NCBI GenBank assembly: GCA_963810095.1
Contig: CAWEMM010000009.1
Location: forward strand, 640,001 to 704,000
Length of the DNA: 64,000 nucleotides
DNA from: an uncultured Chloroflexia bacterium
Lineage (GTDB): Bacteria > Chloroflexota > Anaerolineae > CG2-30-64-16
Reading direction: 5' to 3'
A program made the position numbers and the translations under genes. This document shows positions 44,077-53,660 of the stretch, in pieces. The notes under the pieces were generated by a model. It was not told the origin of the DNA. It saw only the letters and a list, made by a program, of their open reading frames with translations, and searched no databases. Each line of letters begins with the position of its first letter. Position 1 is the first letter of the stretch.

Positions 44077-45268
44077 ATGTTGAAACGCCGCCTGACGCGC
44101 TTCGTTCTCGTCCTGCTGCTCATCGAGTTTCTCGACGAGCTCGTGTTCGGCGCGCGCGAGGCCGCCTGGCCGCTGGTGCGCAGCGACCTCGCACTTACCT
44201 ATGCTCAGGTCGGCGTGCTGCTCAGTCTCCCCAGCCTCCTCGGCAACGCGATCGAGCCGTTTCTTGCGATCTTGGGCGACGTCTGGCGGCGTCGGGTGAT
44301 CGTTCTGGGCGGCGGCGCCGTCTTCACGGCAGCCATCGCACTCACTGCCGTCAGCCAGTCTTTCGCCGGTCTGCTCTTTTCGTTCATCCTCATGTATCCT
44401 GCGTCCGGTGCGTTCGTCAGCCTGTCACAGGCCACACTGATGGACCTGGACGAGACCCGGCGCGAGCACAATATGGCGCGTTCGGACCTTCGCCGGCTCG
44501 CTGGGCGTGGTGCTGGGTCCGCTGGCGCTCGGCCTGGGCGCGGCGGCGCCTGCCCTGGGCTGGCGCGGCGTCCTCGGCGCGATGGCGGCACTGTCGCTGG
44601 TCCTGGTGCTCCTCAGCACCCGCATGCCCTATCCCGACGGCCGGGGGCCCGCCCACCGGCTCGACTTTTCCTCCGTGCTGGCGGGGCTGCGCGACGCGGT
44701 TGCATCGTTAGGCCGGCCGGGCGTCCTGCGCTGGCTCGTGCTGCTCGAGTTCTCGGACCTCATGCTCGACGTGCTGCTGGGCTTCCTCGCGCTCTACCTG
44801 GTCGACGTCGGGGGCGTAAGTGCCGGCCAGGCCAGCCTCGGGGTTGCCGTCTGGACCGGGGCCGGTCTGCTGGGCGACTTCGCGCTGATCCCGCTGCTCG
44901 AGCGCGTGCGCGGGTTGGCCTACCTGCGGGTCAGCGCGCTGCTGGAGTTGGTGCTATTCCCCCTCATGCTGCTGGTGCCGGGGTTCGTGCCGAAGGTAAT
45001 CCTGCTCGGGCTTCTTGGCTTCTTTAACGCCGGGTGGTATTCGGTCCTGCAGGCGCAGCTCTACGCTTCATTGCCCGGCAAGAGCGGGACCGCACTGGCC
45101 GTGAAGAACGTGTCGGGCCTGATTGCGTCCGTAATCCCGCTCGTGCTCGGGCTTGCCGCCCAGCGTTGGGGCCTCGACGTCGCGATGTGGCTGCTGCTGG
45201 CCGGGCCGGTGGCGCTGGTGGTGGGGCTGCGGGGTGCAGGGTCTGGAGCGAAGGCGGAGGGTTCATAG
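44077..45268 (+). CDS. MFS transporter; frameshift near 44485
   Basis: About 12 TM segments across two ORFs; LGDVWRRR loop motif. Confidence 0.8.
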
Positions 45269-45274
45269 GCGTGA

Positions 45275-45318
45275 GGCAGGCCGGGCGAAGCTGGTCATCC
45301 GGCTTCGCCCGGCCTGCC
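45275..45318. terminator. Perfect hairpin between convergent genes (terminator or REP)
   Basis: 17-bp stem GGCAGGCCGGGCGAAGC / GCTTCGCCCGGCCTGCC. Confidence 0.6.
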
Positions 45319-45334
45319 CTTAACGGTTCGACTT

Positions 45335-46813
45335 CTATGGCCCCTTGAACCAAATCGCCTGATCGTAAACGATCTCGGTGTACGCCGGGCCAACCTTCGT
45401 GGATGGCTCCAGGTACGCGCGCCAGCCGATCCACAGGTTATTCTGGAGCGAGAGGTCGACGCGGTCGCAGGTGGGGGCGGCCACGGTTGTGCAGTGGGTG
45501 TCGCTCCCGCAGTCGCGGGCGAACTTCCAGACGTACAGCTTGTCGGCCTGGTCCGCCGAATCAGAGCCCTTCAGCCAGTCGTTCGCCGTGCCCTTGAGCT
45601 GACCGCTCTGCTGCGAGACGATCCCAAGCAGCAGGTCCACGCCAGCGGCATCTCTGTTGACGTAGACGCCCGCATTCGAGTAAGTGGCCTTGCCAGTTGC
45701 CTCGTGGTTGGCGCCGTACACCATCACGAAGTCGTCCGGCCCCAGCGTAAACTTCTGCTCCGTCCATAGGTACACCGTATCCCGGGCCGGCCCGTACTCG
45801 GGAACCTCGCGCTGCATGCCGTCAGAGCCGTCCGTCAGCCACACTTCGGTCGTGAGCTCCTGGTGCTCCCGCCCCGGGTTCTTGTCCAGGATCGCCTTCC
45901 GCAGCTCGTCGACGGCAGGCAGCAGGTCCAGCTCCGTCTGCCCGGTGCCCCGAACTCGCAGCTTCGGCACCGGGTACGGGTCGGCTTGCACGTCTGGGAG
46001 CGCCACCCGCAGCACGACCTGCGCCTTGCTCATGTAGTCTTCCATCGCCTGCTCATAGCCAGGCACAGCACGGTACAGCCGCTGAATCAGGATCAACTGG
46101 TCCGCGCGCTGGCCAAAGCCGAGATGGGTCAGTGCGCTTGGCATTACCAGCGTGTTAAGGATGCTGGCCGGGTAGCCGGCCCGGCGCGCCGCCGCGGCCA
46201 CACGGGCATCGACCTTGCGATCGCTCGTGATCACGACGATCGCATCCTTGTCGAACGGGTCGTCCGGCGGCCCACTCGTGTGGATCGTCAGGTTGTTGAT
46301 CGTATCGCCTATTGTCCCGAACGGCGAGATCAGCTCATCTTTTTTGTCGGACCAGCGATCCAGCACGAACGGCTGGTAGCTGAAGTAAGACACCGGCGGC
46401 GGCGTCTGGCCCACGATGATAAGTGCCTCGTTGGGGGCCAGGAAGAACTCGAAGTTGGTGAAAGTCTGGTACGGCTGCTCAGGTGACGGGGGCACGATGG
46501 CAACCTTATAGGGCGCGCCGGCATTGTTGTCAAAACAGGACCATTGCCAGCCCAGCCCGCAGCAGGTGCGGGTTACGTCGAGGCGCACCATTCCCTCGCC
46601 CGACTGCTCCTGGCTCTGCTGCACCCTGAAGCCCTGCGCCCGCAGTGCGTCGACGAAGCGGGCAACGTCCTCCTCGCCGCCAATCGGAGGCGCACCGGAG
46701 CCCGGCCCGGCGTCGGGTAAAGCCAGCGCCGCCAGGGCCGGCCCACTGCTTGCGGCGATCAGTAGGGCCACAAGTACGAATGCTGCCAGCCGCCACAACC
46801 CTCGCGTTTGCAT
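45335..46813 (-). CDS. Secreted hypothetical protein
   Basis: RBS GAGGAGG; signal peptide MQTRGLWRLAAFVLVALLIAASSGPALA; several Cys; no family recognised. Confidence 0.75.
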   Translation of the reverse strand: MQTRGLWRLAAFVLVALLIAASSGPALAALALPDAGPGSGAPPIGGEEDVARFVDALRAQGFRVQQSQEQSGEGMVRLDVTRTCCGLGWQWSCFDNNAGAPYKVAIVPPSPEQPYQTFTNFEFFLAPNEALIIVGQTPPPVSYFSYQPFVLDRWSDKKDELISPFGTIGDTINNLTIHTSGPPDDPFDKDAIVVITSDRKVDARVAAAARRAGYPASILNTLVMPSALTHLGFGQRADQLILIQRLYRAVPGYEQAMEDYMSKAQVVLRVALPDVQADPYPVPKLRVRGTGQTELDLLPAVDELRKAILDKNPGREHQELTTEVWLTDGSDGMQREVPEYGPARDTVYLWTEQKFTLGPDDFVMVYGANHEATGKATYSNAGVYVNRDAAGVDLLLGIVSQQSGQLKGTANDWLKGSDSADQADKLYVWKFARDCGSDTHCTTVAAPTCDRVDLSLQNNLWIGWRAYLEPSTKVGPAYTEIVYDQAIWFKGP

Positions 46814-47173
46814 GGAATCCTCCTCTTTGAGCTGCATGCCGCGCTCGATGTCATTTCTGTGTGCGCGGGACTTCACCGTCGTCGGAGAGCACCTGAGGGG
46901 CGCCTGAGCCAGGTGAATTGTAGCACGAATCCGCGGCCGTGATGCAGAGAGTTACGAGGAGATTTGTCGCCGAATCAGGCGTGGCTGCAGCGGGCGCGGC
47001 GTGGGCGTTCGGAAGCCGCTGGGCGCGGACCCCGCAAGGCGAGTGGTTCGCGTTCGAGAAGCGCGCGACGAAAGCCTCGGGCGGGCAGGGCTGGGCCGAC
47101 GTGTGGGAGGGAGACGCAACGGAAGGTCGAAGGGGAATGACCCAAAACCAATGGCGAGGTGGGATCGCGGGTT

Positions 47174-47231
47174 CGTAGTGCCGACTTCAGTCGTTCGGCC
47201 CGCCGCCAGAACGACCAAAGTCGTCATCACG
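47174..47231. repeat. GTAG-type REP doublet
   Basis: CGTAGTGCCGACTTCAGTCGTTC ... GAACGACCAAAGTCGTCATCACG imperfect inverted pair starting with GTAG. Confidence 0.55.
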
Positions 47232-47277
47232 CACGAAATCACCGTGCGTCTCGTCGATGCCTGGCGTCCGCCGGCCC

Positions 47278-48111
47278 CTACACCACCGCCTTCTCGTGCG
47301 CCTTCTCGAGTTCCTCGTTCACGGCTTCCTGCCGCTCGGTGGGCTCCTTGATGCCCAGCTGCAGCGCCTCCATCAGCTTCGGCAGCTCGGCGTCTGCGGC
47401 CCGGCGGCCCTGGTCGATCATGTACTGGCCCTTTGCAAAGGACTGGTACGCCACGTCTGAGATGTCCGGCTCGATCAGCAGGTCGGCCAGCAGCAGGCCG
47501 CCGCCCGCCCAACGGATCGCATTCTCGACCGCGGCAATGCCGCGCGTCAGCGGGTTGCGCGCCTTCGCCCAGTAGCGGCCCAGGATATTCACGCCAATGA
47601 CATAATCCGCGCCCAGTGCCCGCGTCTCACGGATGGGCAGGTTGTCCGACACGCCGCCGTCCGACAGGATCTTGCCGTCGATCTCGACCGGCACGACGAT
47701 ACCCGGCACCGACGAGCTGGCATGGCAGGCGCGGGCCACGGAGCCCTCCATCAGGACCACCGGGTTGCCGGTCAGCAGGTCGGTGGCGACCGCGGCGAAC
47801 GGCAGCTTGAGGTCGGAGAAGAGCGGGTCGTTGAGCTGCTGGCGCAGGAACTGCTCGAGCTTGTAGAAGGAGATGAGGCCGCCCCGGCCCGGCCACGACA
47901 GGCGCGCCATGCCCCGCCAACTCAGATGCTTCGTCACCTCGCGCATCTCTTCGACCGAGTAGCCGGCGGCCACGAACGCGCCTACAATCGAGCCGACGCT
48001 GGTCCCCGTGACAACCTCGACCGTGACCCCCGCCTCTTCAAGCGCCATCAGCACCCCGATGTGCGCAAACCCGCGGGCCACCCCGCCCCCCAGCGCCAGC
48101 CCAACCTTCAT
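47278..48111 (-). CDS. Patatin-like phospholipase (RssA/NTE-like)
   Basis: LGGGVARG, GTSVG, DGG motifs. Confidence 0.9.
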   Translation of the reverse strand: MKVGLALGGGVARGFAHIGVLMALEEAGVTVEVVTGTSVGSIVGAFVAAGYSVEEMREVTKHLSWRGMARLSWPGRGGLISFYKLEQFLRQQLNDPLFSDLKLPFAAVATDLLTGNPVVLMEGSVARACHASSSVPGIVVPVEIDGKILSDGGVSDNLPIRETRALGADYVIGVNILGRYWAKARNPLTRGIAAVENAIRWAGGGLLLADLLIEPDISDVAYQSFAKGQYMIDQGRRAADAELPKLMEALQLGIKEPTERQEAVNEELEKAHEKAVV

Positions 48112-48128
48112 GAGATGCACTCCCTGAT

Positions 48129-48219
48129 AGCACGCAGATTGAACCGATCAGGCCGGTCTTCATGATCCGCCGGAAGGAGATCATGGAGATCAGCCCAATC
48201 AGTTCGATCTGCGTCCCAT
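48129..48219. repeat. Family B repeat, copy 2
   Basis: GCACGCAGATT...GATCAGCCCAATCAGTTCGATCTGCGTCC. Confidence 0.7.
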
Positions 48220-48221
48220 CT

Positions 48222-49838
48222 CTAGTCCAAATACTCGTACGCGGGCAGGGTCAGAAAGTCTGAGAACTTGCCCTCGCATTCGATGTCGTTGCACGTGATG
48301 CGATCGAGGATTTCCGCAGCCAGCGGGTACTTGCTGTTGGCGTAGACCTCCGGGTCCGCGTCCTGCTGCATCTTGCCCAGCTCTTCGCCCAGCACCTGGC
48401 GGAACATGCCCAGCGTGATCTTGCGGCCATCCTCCAGCACGCCCAGCGGGCTCTTGATCCACTGCCACACCTGGCCCCGGCTGATTTCGGCGGTCGCGGC
48501 GTCTTCCATCAGGTTGAAGATGGGCACCGCCCCCGCGCCCCCCAGCCACGCCCCGAGATACTGCACCGCCACGTTGATGTTCCAGCGGAAGCCCTTTTCG
48601 GTGATGGGTTCCTTCGGCCGGAAGTCGAGCAGATCGGCTGCGGTGACCTGGACGTCCTCACGCGCGCAGTGGATCTGGTTCGGGGTCGGCATGCCCCGGT
48701 TGAACTCTTCGAGCGCAATCGGCACCAGCGCCGGGTGCGCCACCCAGGTGCCGTCGTGCCCGTCCGTCACCTCGCGCAGCTTGTCCTGGCGCACCTTCTC
48801 CATCGCCGCATCGTTCGCCGCCGGGTCGTTCTTCACCGGGATCTGCGCGGCCATGCCGCCCATCGCGTGCGCATTGCGCCGGTGGCACGTCTTGATCGTG
48901 TTCAACGAGTAGTTGCGCATGAACGGCGAGGTCATCGTGACCAGGCTGCGGTCGGCGAGCACGAAGTCGTCGCGGTTGCGGAACTTCTTGATCGCGCTGA
49001 AGATATAATCCCAGCGTCCGCAGTTCAACCCCGCCGAGTGCTCGCGCAGCTCGTACAGGATCTCGTCCTCTTCGAATGCCGCCAGGATCGTCTCGATGAG
49101 GACGGTCGCCTTGATGCTGCCCCGCGGGATGCCGAGCGTGTCCTGCGCCATCTGGAAGATGTCGTTCCACAGCCGCGCTTCGAGGTGGCTTTCCATCTTC
49201 GGCAGGTAGAAGTACGGGCCCGAGCCTCGTTCGAGCAGTTCCCTGGCATTGTGGTAGAAGTAGAGGCCAAAGTCAAAGATGCCGCCCGGCATGTGCTCGC
49301 CGTCGATTGTAACGTGCTTCTCGACCAGGTGCCAGCCGCGGGGCCGCGCCATCAGGACGGCCACCTTGTCCTTGAGCGCATAGCGCTTGCCCTCCGGGCT
49401 GGTGTAGTCGATCTGCCGGCGAATCGCATCGCGCAGGTTGAGCTGGCCGAGCACGAGGTTGCTCCAGGTCGGTGCGTTCGCATCCTCAAAGTCGGCCATG
49501 AACACATGCGCGCCCGAGTTGAGCGCGTTGATGATCATTTTGCGGTCGGTAGGTCCGGTGATTTCCACCCGGCGGTCTTGCAGGTCCGCGGGAATGGGCG
49601 CGATCGTCCAGTCCGCGTCGCGCACCTGGCGCGTCTCGGGCAGGAAGTCCGGCTGCTCGCCCATGTCGAGCCGTGATTGCCGCTCCGCCCGGCGGTGCAG
49701 CAGCTCCTTGCGGCGCCCATTGAACTCGCGGCCGAGCTTCGCTACGAACGCGACCGCCTCGGGCGTCAGGATCTCCCCGTACGGGCCATCGGTTCGACCG
49801 GTAATCTCGACGCCACTTGGCGCACCTTCAGAGTACAT
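48222..49838 (-). CDS. aceB: Malate synthase A
   Basis: [59 protein letters not shown]; true start ATG at 49838. Confidence 0.95.
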   Translation of the reverse strand: MYSEGAPSGVEITGRTDGPYGEILTPEAVAFVAKLGREFNGRRKELLHRRAERQSRLDMGEQPDFLPETRQVRDADWTIAPIPADLQDRRVEITGPTDRKMIINALNSGAHVFMADFEDANAPTWSNLVLGQLNLRDAIRRQIDYTSPEGKRYALKDKVAVLMARPRGWHLVEKHVTIDGEHMPGGIFDFGLYFYHNARELLERGSGPYFYLPKMESHLEARLWNDIFQMAQDTLGIPRGSIKATVLIETILAAFEEDEILYELREHSAGLNCGRWDYIFSAIKKFRNRDDFVLADRSLVTMTSPFMRNYSLNTIKTCHRRNAHAMGGMAAQIPVKNDPAANDAAMEKVRQDKLREVTDGHDGTWVAHPALVPIALEEFNRGMPTPNQIHCAREDVQVTAADLLDFRPKEPITEKGFRWNINVAVQYLGAWLGGAGAVPIFNLMEDAATAEISRGQVWQWIKSPLGVLEDGRKITLGMFRQVLGEELGKMQQDADPEVYANSKYPLAAEILDRITCNDIECEGKFSDFLTLPAYEYLD

Positions 49839-49865
49839 GGCAACCTCCGGCGAAATGACGGACCT

Positions 49866-49957
49866 GCCACGAATTGCACGAATCGAACGAATTCGCCGAA
49901 TTGGAAAAGCTTCCGTTTTCGATGGCAAATCGTCGAAATCAGTCTGATAATTCGTCG
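49866..49957. repeat. Family B-related repeat (CACGAAT 9-bp periodic variant)
   Basis: GCCACGAATTGCACGAATCGAACGAATTCGCCGAATT ... AATTCGTCGGC between aceA and aceB. Confidence 0.55.
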
Positions 49958-49971
49958 GCGGCTTACAATCA

Positions 49972-51249
49972 TTAATGGAACTGCGCCTCTTCGGTCGAGC
50001 CCTTGAGCGCCGTGGTCGAGGCATGCTCGCCCGAGACGACGAGCGTGACCTCGTCAAAGTAGCCCGCGCCCACCTCGCGCTGGTGCTTCGTCGCAGTGTA
50101 GCCCTCGGCTTCCTTGGCGAACTCTTTAGCCTGGAACTCGGCGTAGGCGGCCATACCGCGCTTGCCGTAGTCCAGCGCCAGGTCGTACATGCTGTAGTTC
50201 AGCGTGTGGAAGCCTGCCAGGGTGATGAACTGGAACTTGTAGCCCATCGCACCGAGCTCGCGTTGGAACTTGGCGATGTCGGCATCGTCCAGTTTCTTCT
50301 TCCAGTTGAACGAGGGCGAGCAGTTGTATGCCAACACCTTGCCCGGGAATTGTTTGTGAATGCCCTCGGCGAACTCGCGCGCATCGTCCATGTCGGGCGT
50401 GGCCGTCTCGCACCAGATCATGTCGGCATACGGTGCGTAGGCGAGACCGCGGGAGATCGCGGCCTTGACACCCGCCTTGGCGCGCACGAACCCGTCGGGG
50501 GTGCGCTCGCCCGTGGAGAAAGCCCGGTCGTAGGGGTCGGCGTCGCTCATCATCAGGGTCGCGCCTTCGGCATCCGTGCGCGCCACCAGGATGGTGGGCA
50601 CGTCCATGACGTCCATCGCCAGCCGGGCCGAGACCAGGTTGCGGACCGCGGTCTGCGAAGGGATCAGCACTTTGCCGCCCATGTGGCCGCACTTCTTCTC
50701 AGACGAGAGCTGGTCTTCCAGGTGCACCCCGGACGCGCCCGCCTCGATAAAGGCCTTGACGATCTCGAAGACGTTCAGCGCGCCGCCAAAGCCAGCCTCG
50801 GCGTCGGCGACGATGGGGGCAAACCAGTACGTGTTGCCTTTACCTTCCTGCGTCTGGATTTGATCGGCCCGGCGCAGGGTATTGTTGATGTTGCGGACCA
50901 GTGCCGGCGCGCTGTTGGCCGGGTAGAGGCTTTGGTCGGGATACATCTGGCCGGCCAGGTTTGCGTCGCCCGCAACCTGCCAGCCGCTGAGGTAAATCGC
51001 CTGCAGCCCGGCGCGCACCATCTGCATGGCCTGGTTGCCGGTTACTGCTCCGAGGGCAGGGATGTAGGGTTCGGTGTGGAGCAGGCGCCAAAGGCGTTCT
51101 GCGCCCAGTTGGGCGAGCGTGTAGTCGATCTTGATCGAGCCGCGCAGCCGCACGACCTCGTCCGGCGAGTATGGGCGCTTGATTCCCTGCCACCGGGGAT
51201 TCGTCTCCCAGTCATGCGCTAGTTCAGCCGCGCTCTTCAGTTGGGCCAT
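49972..51249 (-). CDS. aceA: Isocitrate lyase
   Basis: [17 protein letters not shown], signature [29 protein letters not shown]. Confidence 0.97.
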   Translation of the reverse strand: MAQLKSAAELAHDWETNPRWQGIKRPYSPDEVVRLRGSIKIDYTLAQLGAERLWRLLHTEPYIPALGAVTGNQAMQMVRAGLQAIYLSGWQVAGDANLAGQMYPDQSLYPANSAPALVRNINNTLRRADQIQTQEGKGNTYWFAPIVADAEAGFGGALNVFEIVKAFIEAGASGVHLEDQLSSEKKCGHMGGKVLIPSQTAVRNLVSARLAMDVMDVPTILVARTDAEGATLMMSDADPYDRAFSTGERTPDGFVRAKAGVKAAISRGLAYAPYADMIWCETATPDMDDAREFAEGIHKQFPGKVLAYNCSPSFNWKKKLDDADIAKFQRELGAMGYKFQFITLAGFHTLNYSMYDLALDYGKRGMAAYAEFQAKEFAKEAEGYTATKHQREVGAGYFDEVTLVVSGEHASTTALKGSTEEAQFH

Positions 51250-51308
51250 GATCCACTCCTTTCCTAACGCGACAAATGGTCTCTCCAAACAAAGCCTACA
51301 GCGCCTCA

Positions 51309-51338
51309 ATTATAACGCGCTGCGTCATGGAGCGTCAA
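51309..51338 (-). promoter_or_regulatory. aceA promoter with overlapping palindromic operator
   Basis: Minus strand TTGACG-18 bp-TATAAT; ATGACGCAGCGCGTTAT (51312-51328) fills the spacer and overlaps the -10. Confidence 0.7.
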
Positions 51339-51383
51339 GGGGTTAATGTTCCATTAGGGTCCAGTTCCAACATCAAACGGCGG

Positions 51384-51469
51384 CTAACCACAAAGACACC
51401 AAGGCTCAAAGCTACACGAAGTTTCACGGGACTTCGTGAACCTTTGTGTCTTCGTGTCTTTGTGGTTAG
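51384..51469. repeat. Family A repeat copy
   Basis: 16-bp perfect terminal inverted repeat CTAACCACAAAGACAC / GTGTCTTTGTGGTTAG. Confidence 0.8.
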
Positions 51470-53191
51470 TTATCCCTCGCGAGCGAGACGTTTCGATGGG
51501 GGGTAGGGGAAGATGTCGAGCACTTCGCCGGCCCGGTGCCGGATCTGCATGTTGCGCCACCAACTCGCCTCAAAGAGGTCGCTATGCGCCGCGCGGAAGG
51601 CATCGGCAAGCCGCGGCTCCAGGCCGAGAAACGCCCGGAACTCCTCGGGGAACACGTCGTTCTCTGCGACGGAGAACCAGGGCTGCGCATCGCCGAAGTC
51701 GTCATAGGCGTCGCGTGACTCGGGGATCACACGGAAGTTGCACTGGTTCAGCAGGCACAACTCGTCATAATCGTAGAACACGACGCGTCCGTGCCGGGTT
51801 ACGCCGAAGTTCTTGAGGAACAGGTCGCCGGGGAAGATGTTGGTGGCGGCCATGTCCTTGATCGCCTGCCCATAGTCAAGCACCGCGTCGACCGCGTGCT
51901 CGGGCTGCTCGCGCAGGTACAGGTTCAGCGGCGTCAGGCGGCGCTCGGTATAAAGGTGCTTGATGTCGACCGTGTCGCCGAGCACCGAAACGGTGTTGCC
52001 GCTCGTGTGCAGCAGCTCGGCGAGCGCCTCATCCGTGAAGCGGCTGCGGTGAAACGCAAGGTGCTCGAATTCCTGCGCGTCGATCAGGCGGCCCGCCCGG
52101 TCCCGGTTGAACACGAGCTGGTAGCGGGCCTGTACGTCTGCCCGGGTCGTTCGCTTGGGGTGGGGAAACGCGTCCTTGATCACCTTGAAGACCACGTCGA
52201 ACGAGGGCATGGTGAAGACCGCCATGACCATGCCTTTGTCGCCCCGCGCCAGCTCGAACCGGTCGTCCGAGTCCTGCAGGTGACAGTACAGGTCGCGGTA
52301 GAGCTCCGTCTTGCCGTGCTTGTTGTAACCGATCGAGGTATACAACTCGGCTCGACGCTTCAGCGGCATGATCGATTTGAGGAAGGCGACGACCAGGTAG
52401 GGGCAGTCGACGTCGACATGGAAATAGGAATGCGTAAACGAGAAGACGATGCTCGCGTCGTCTTCGGTCAGCAGCACCGCGTCCACGAAGATACCGTCCT
52501 CGCCGTTCAGCAGGGCAATGACGAGGGGGCTGGTCCCTGCCGCGGTGCAGATACGGCCGACCAGGTAGGCGGCCTTGTTGCGGTAGAACGGGCTGGCGAT
52601 CAGTTCGATCGTCTCGAAGCCCGTTGCACCCCAGCGGGCGGCAAGATGCGCTTCGATCTGCGCCGCGGCCAGCTTGGCGTCGCCGTGCAGGTCCCGATAG
52701 GGAACTTTGTACCGCAGGTCGAGCAGCGCGCGGGCGAGCAGCGCGGGCAGCGGCTCGTGCCGGTAAGCGTGGGTCACCGGGCACACGCTGTCGTGGGGCA
52801 GCGCAAAATCGGAATCCACGAACTCGATGCCCGGGTCGACGCCGACAGTCGCGAAGATGCGGCGGGTGATGGAGTTGAAGAAGGTTTCGGCCAGCTCGAT
52901 GTCGACGCGTCCGGCGATCAAGCCGGAAAAGGCCGCGCGCATCTCGGCCCACATGCCCTTGGTGCGAACGTTGTGCGACAGAAGATTCCGGGTGTCATAG
53001 ACTGCCCGGTCTACGACGCGCTTGTACAGGTCGAGCCGCGCGATGGAATCCCGCTCGTGCCCATGCCAGTCGCGCTGCTCGAAGCGCCCCTTGGCGCACG
53101 CCGTAATCCGACGGAACGAGCGCTGGTACAGCGTGAACGAGTCATAGACTTCGGCTGCGGCCGCTTGGGCCAGGTTGAGCATGGACGCCAT
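51470..53191 (-). CDS. aceK: Bifunctional isocitrate dehydrogenase kinase/phosphatase
   Basis: ELAETFFNS, FYRNKAAYLVGR, KHGKTELYR, GMVMAVFT...VFKVIKD, NIFPGDLFLKNFGVTRHGRVVFYDYDE; RBS AGGAGG. Confidence 0.95.
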   Translation of the reverse strand: MASMLNLAQAAAAEVYDSFTLYQRSFRRITACAKGRFEQRDWHGHERDSIARLDLYKRVVDRAVYDTRNLLSHNVRTKGMWAEMRAAFSGLIAGRVDIELAETFFNSITRRIFATVGVDPGIEFVDSDFALPHDSVCPVTHAYRHEPLPALLARALLDLRYKVPYRDLHGDAKLAAAQIEAHLAARWGATGFETIELIASPFYRNKAAYLVGRICTAAGTSPLVIALLNGEDGIFVDAVLLTEDDASIVFSFTHSYFHVDVDCPYLVVAFLKSIMPLKRRAELYTSIGYNKHGKTELYRDLYCHLQDSDDRFELARGDKGMVMAVFTMPSFDVVFKVIKDAFPHPKRTTRADVQARYQLVFNRDRAGRLIDAQEFEHLAFHRSRFTDEALAELLHTSGNTVSVLGDTVDIKHLYTERRLTPLNLYLREQPEHAVDAVLDYGQAIKDMAATNIFPGDLFLKNFGVTRHGRVVFYDYDELCLLNQCNFRVIPESRDAYDDFGDAQPWFSVAENDVFPEEFRAFLGLEPRLADAFRAAHSDLFEASWWRNMQIRHRAGEVLDIFPYPPSKRLAREG

Positions 53192-53280
53192 CGCGATCCT
53201 CCTCTTTCGGCGGGCGCGGCTTCGCCGTGTCTTTCAGGCATCATCCGGTCCCAAGGAGCGTGCGGAATCGATCCAGGAAT

Positions 53281-53309
53281 AGTGTAGAAGAGGTTCGTGC
53301 CCCCGTCAA
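53281..53309 (-). promoter_or_regulatory. Putative aceK promoter
   Basis: Minus strand TTGACG-17 bp-TACACT. Confidence 0.55.
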
Positions 53310-53408
53310 CGTCTAAATGTCTGGAACCGGGAGGGGCCCACGCAGCGTTCTCCTGTTTGTGCTCTCATTGCGCAAGAAAAACGGCAGGGTGCTGTCGCAG
53401 GGGGAACG

Positions 53409-53504
53409 AGATCATTTGCACTTGGAATCGTTTCTATTCCGAATCGTCTCGATTCCGAATGACTTGCACCTTGGATCACTTACGCTCTGAATCACTTGAC
53501 GAGC
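53409..53504. repeat. Degenerate 16-bp tandem array (6 units)
   Basis: AGATCATTTGCACTTG / GAATCGTTTCTATTCC / GAATCGTCTCGATTCC / GAATGACTTGCACCTT / GGATCACTTACGCTCT / GAATCACTTGACGAGC. Confidence 0.65.
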
Positions 53505-53524
53505 AGGCGGGCGCCTGTTAGAAT
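53496..53524 (+). promoter_or_regulatory. Putative patatin gene promoter
   Basis: TTGACG-17 bp-TAGAAT with extended TG; the spacer holds palindrome CAGGCG-GG-CGCCTG. Confidence 0.6.
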
Positions 53525-53660
53525 CCGCGCGAGCGTGAAGGCTCAAGGTCTACGTCCGCACGACGAGTCGCCGTCGCCTCGCGTTGTTGTCGTCGTGCAC
53601 CAGCGCCTGCCATTGGTCTTGCCTCGAATGGACGGACTCTGATCTGTGGGAAGTGGTGGT

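Noticed and set aside
46860-47178. GGAGAG...CGCC stretch resembling a glycine riboswitch, and a 79-aa ORF at 46939-47178
   Set aside because: The CCGAAG and CTCTCAGG core elements are missing and no suitable gene lies downstream on that strand; the ORF has no recognisable motif or convincing RBS.
49839-50057. N-terminal extensions given by the ORF track for aceB (and similarly for A2M, M50 protease, antiporter, yjjX, phasin)
   Set aside because: The extensions run through intergenic repeats or upstream genes; downstream start codons with an RBS match the family N-termini.
53409-53504. Possible CRISPR array (also considered for repeat families A and B)
   Set aside because: There are no identical 23-47-bp repeats separated by unique spacers and no cas genes in the window.
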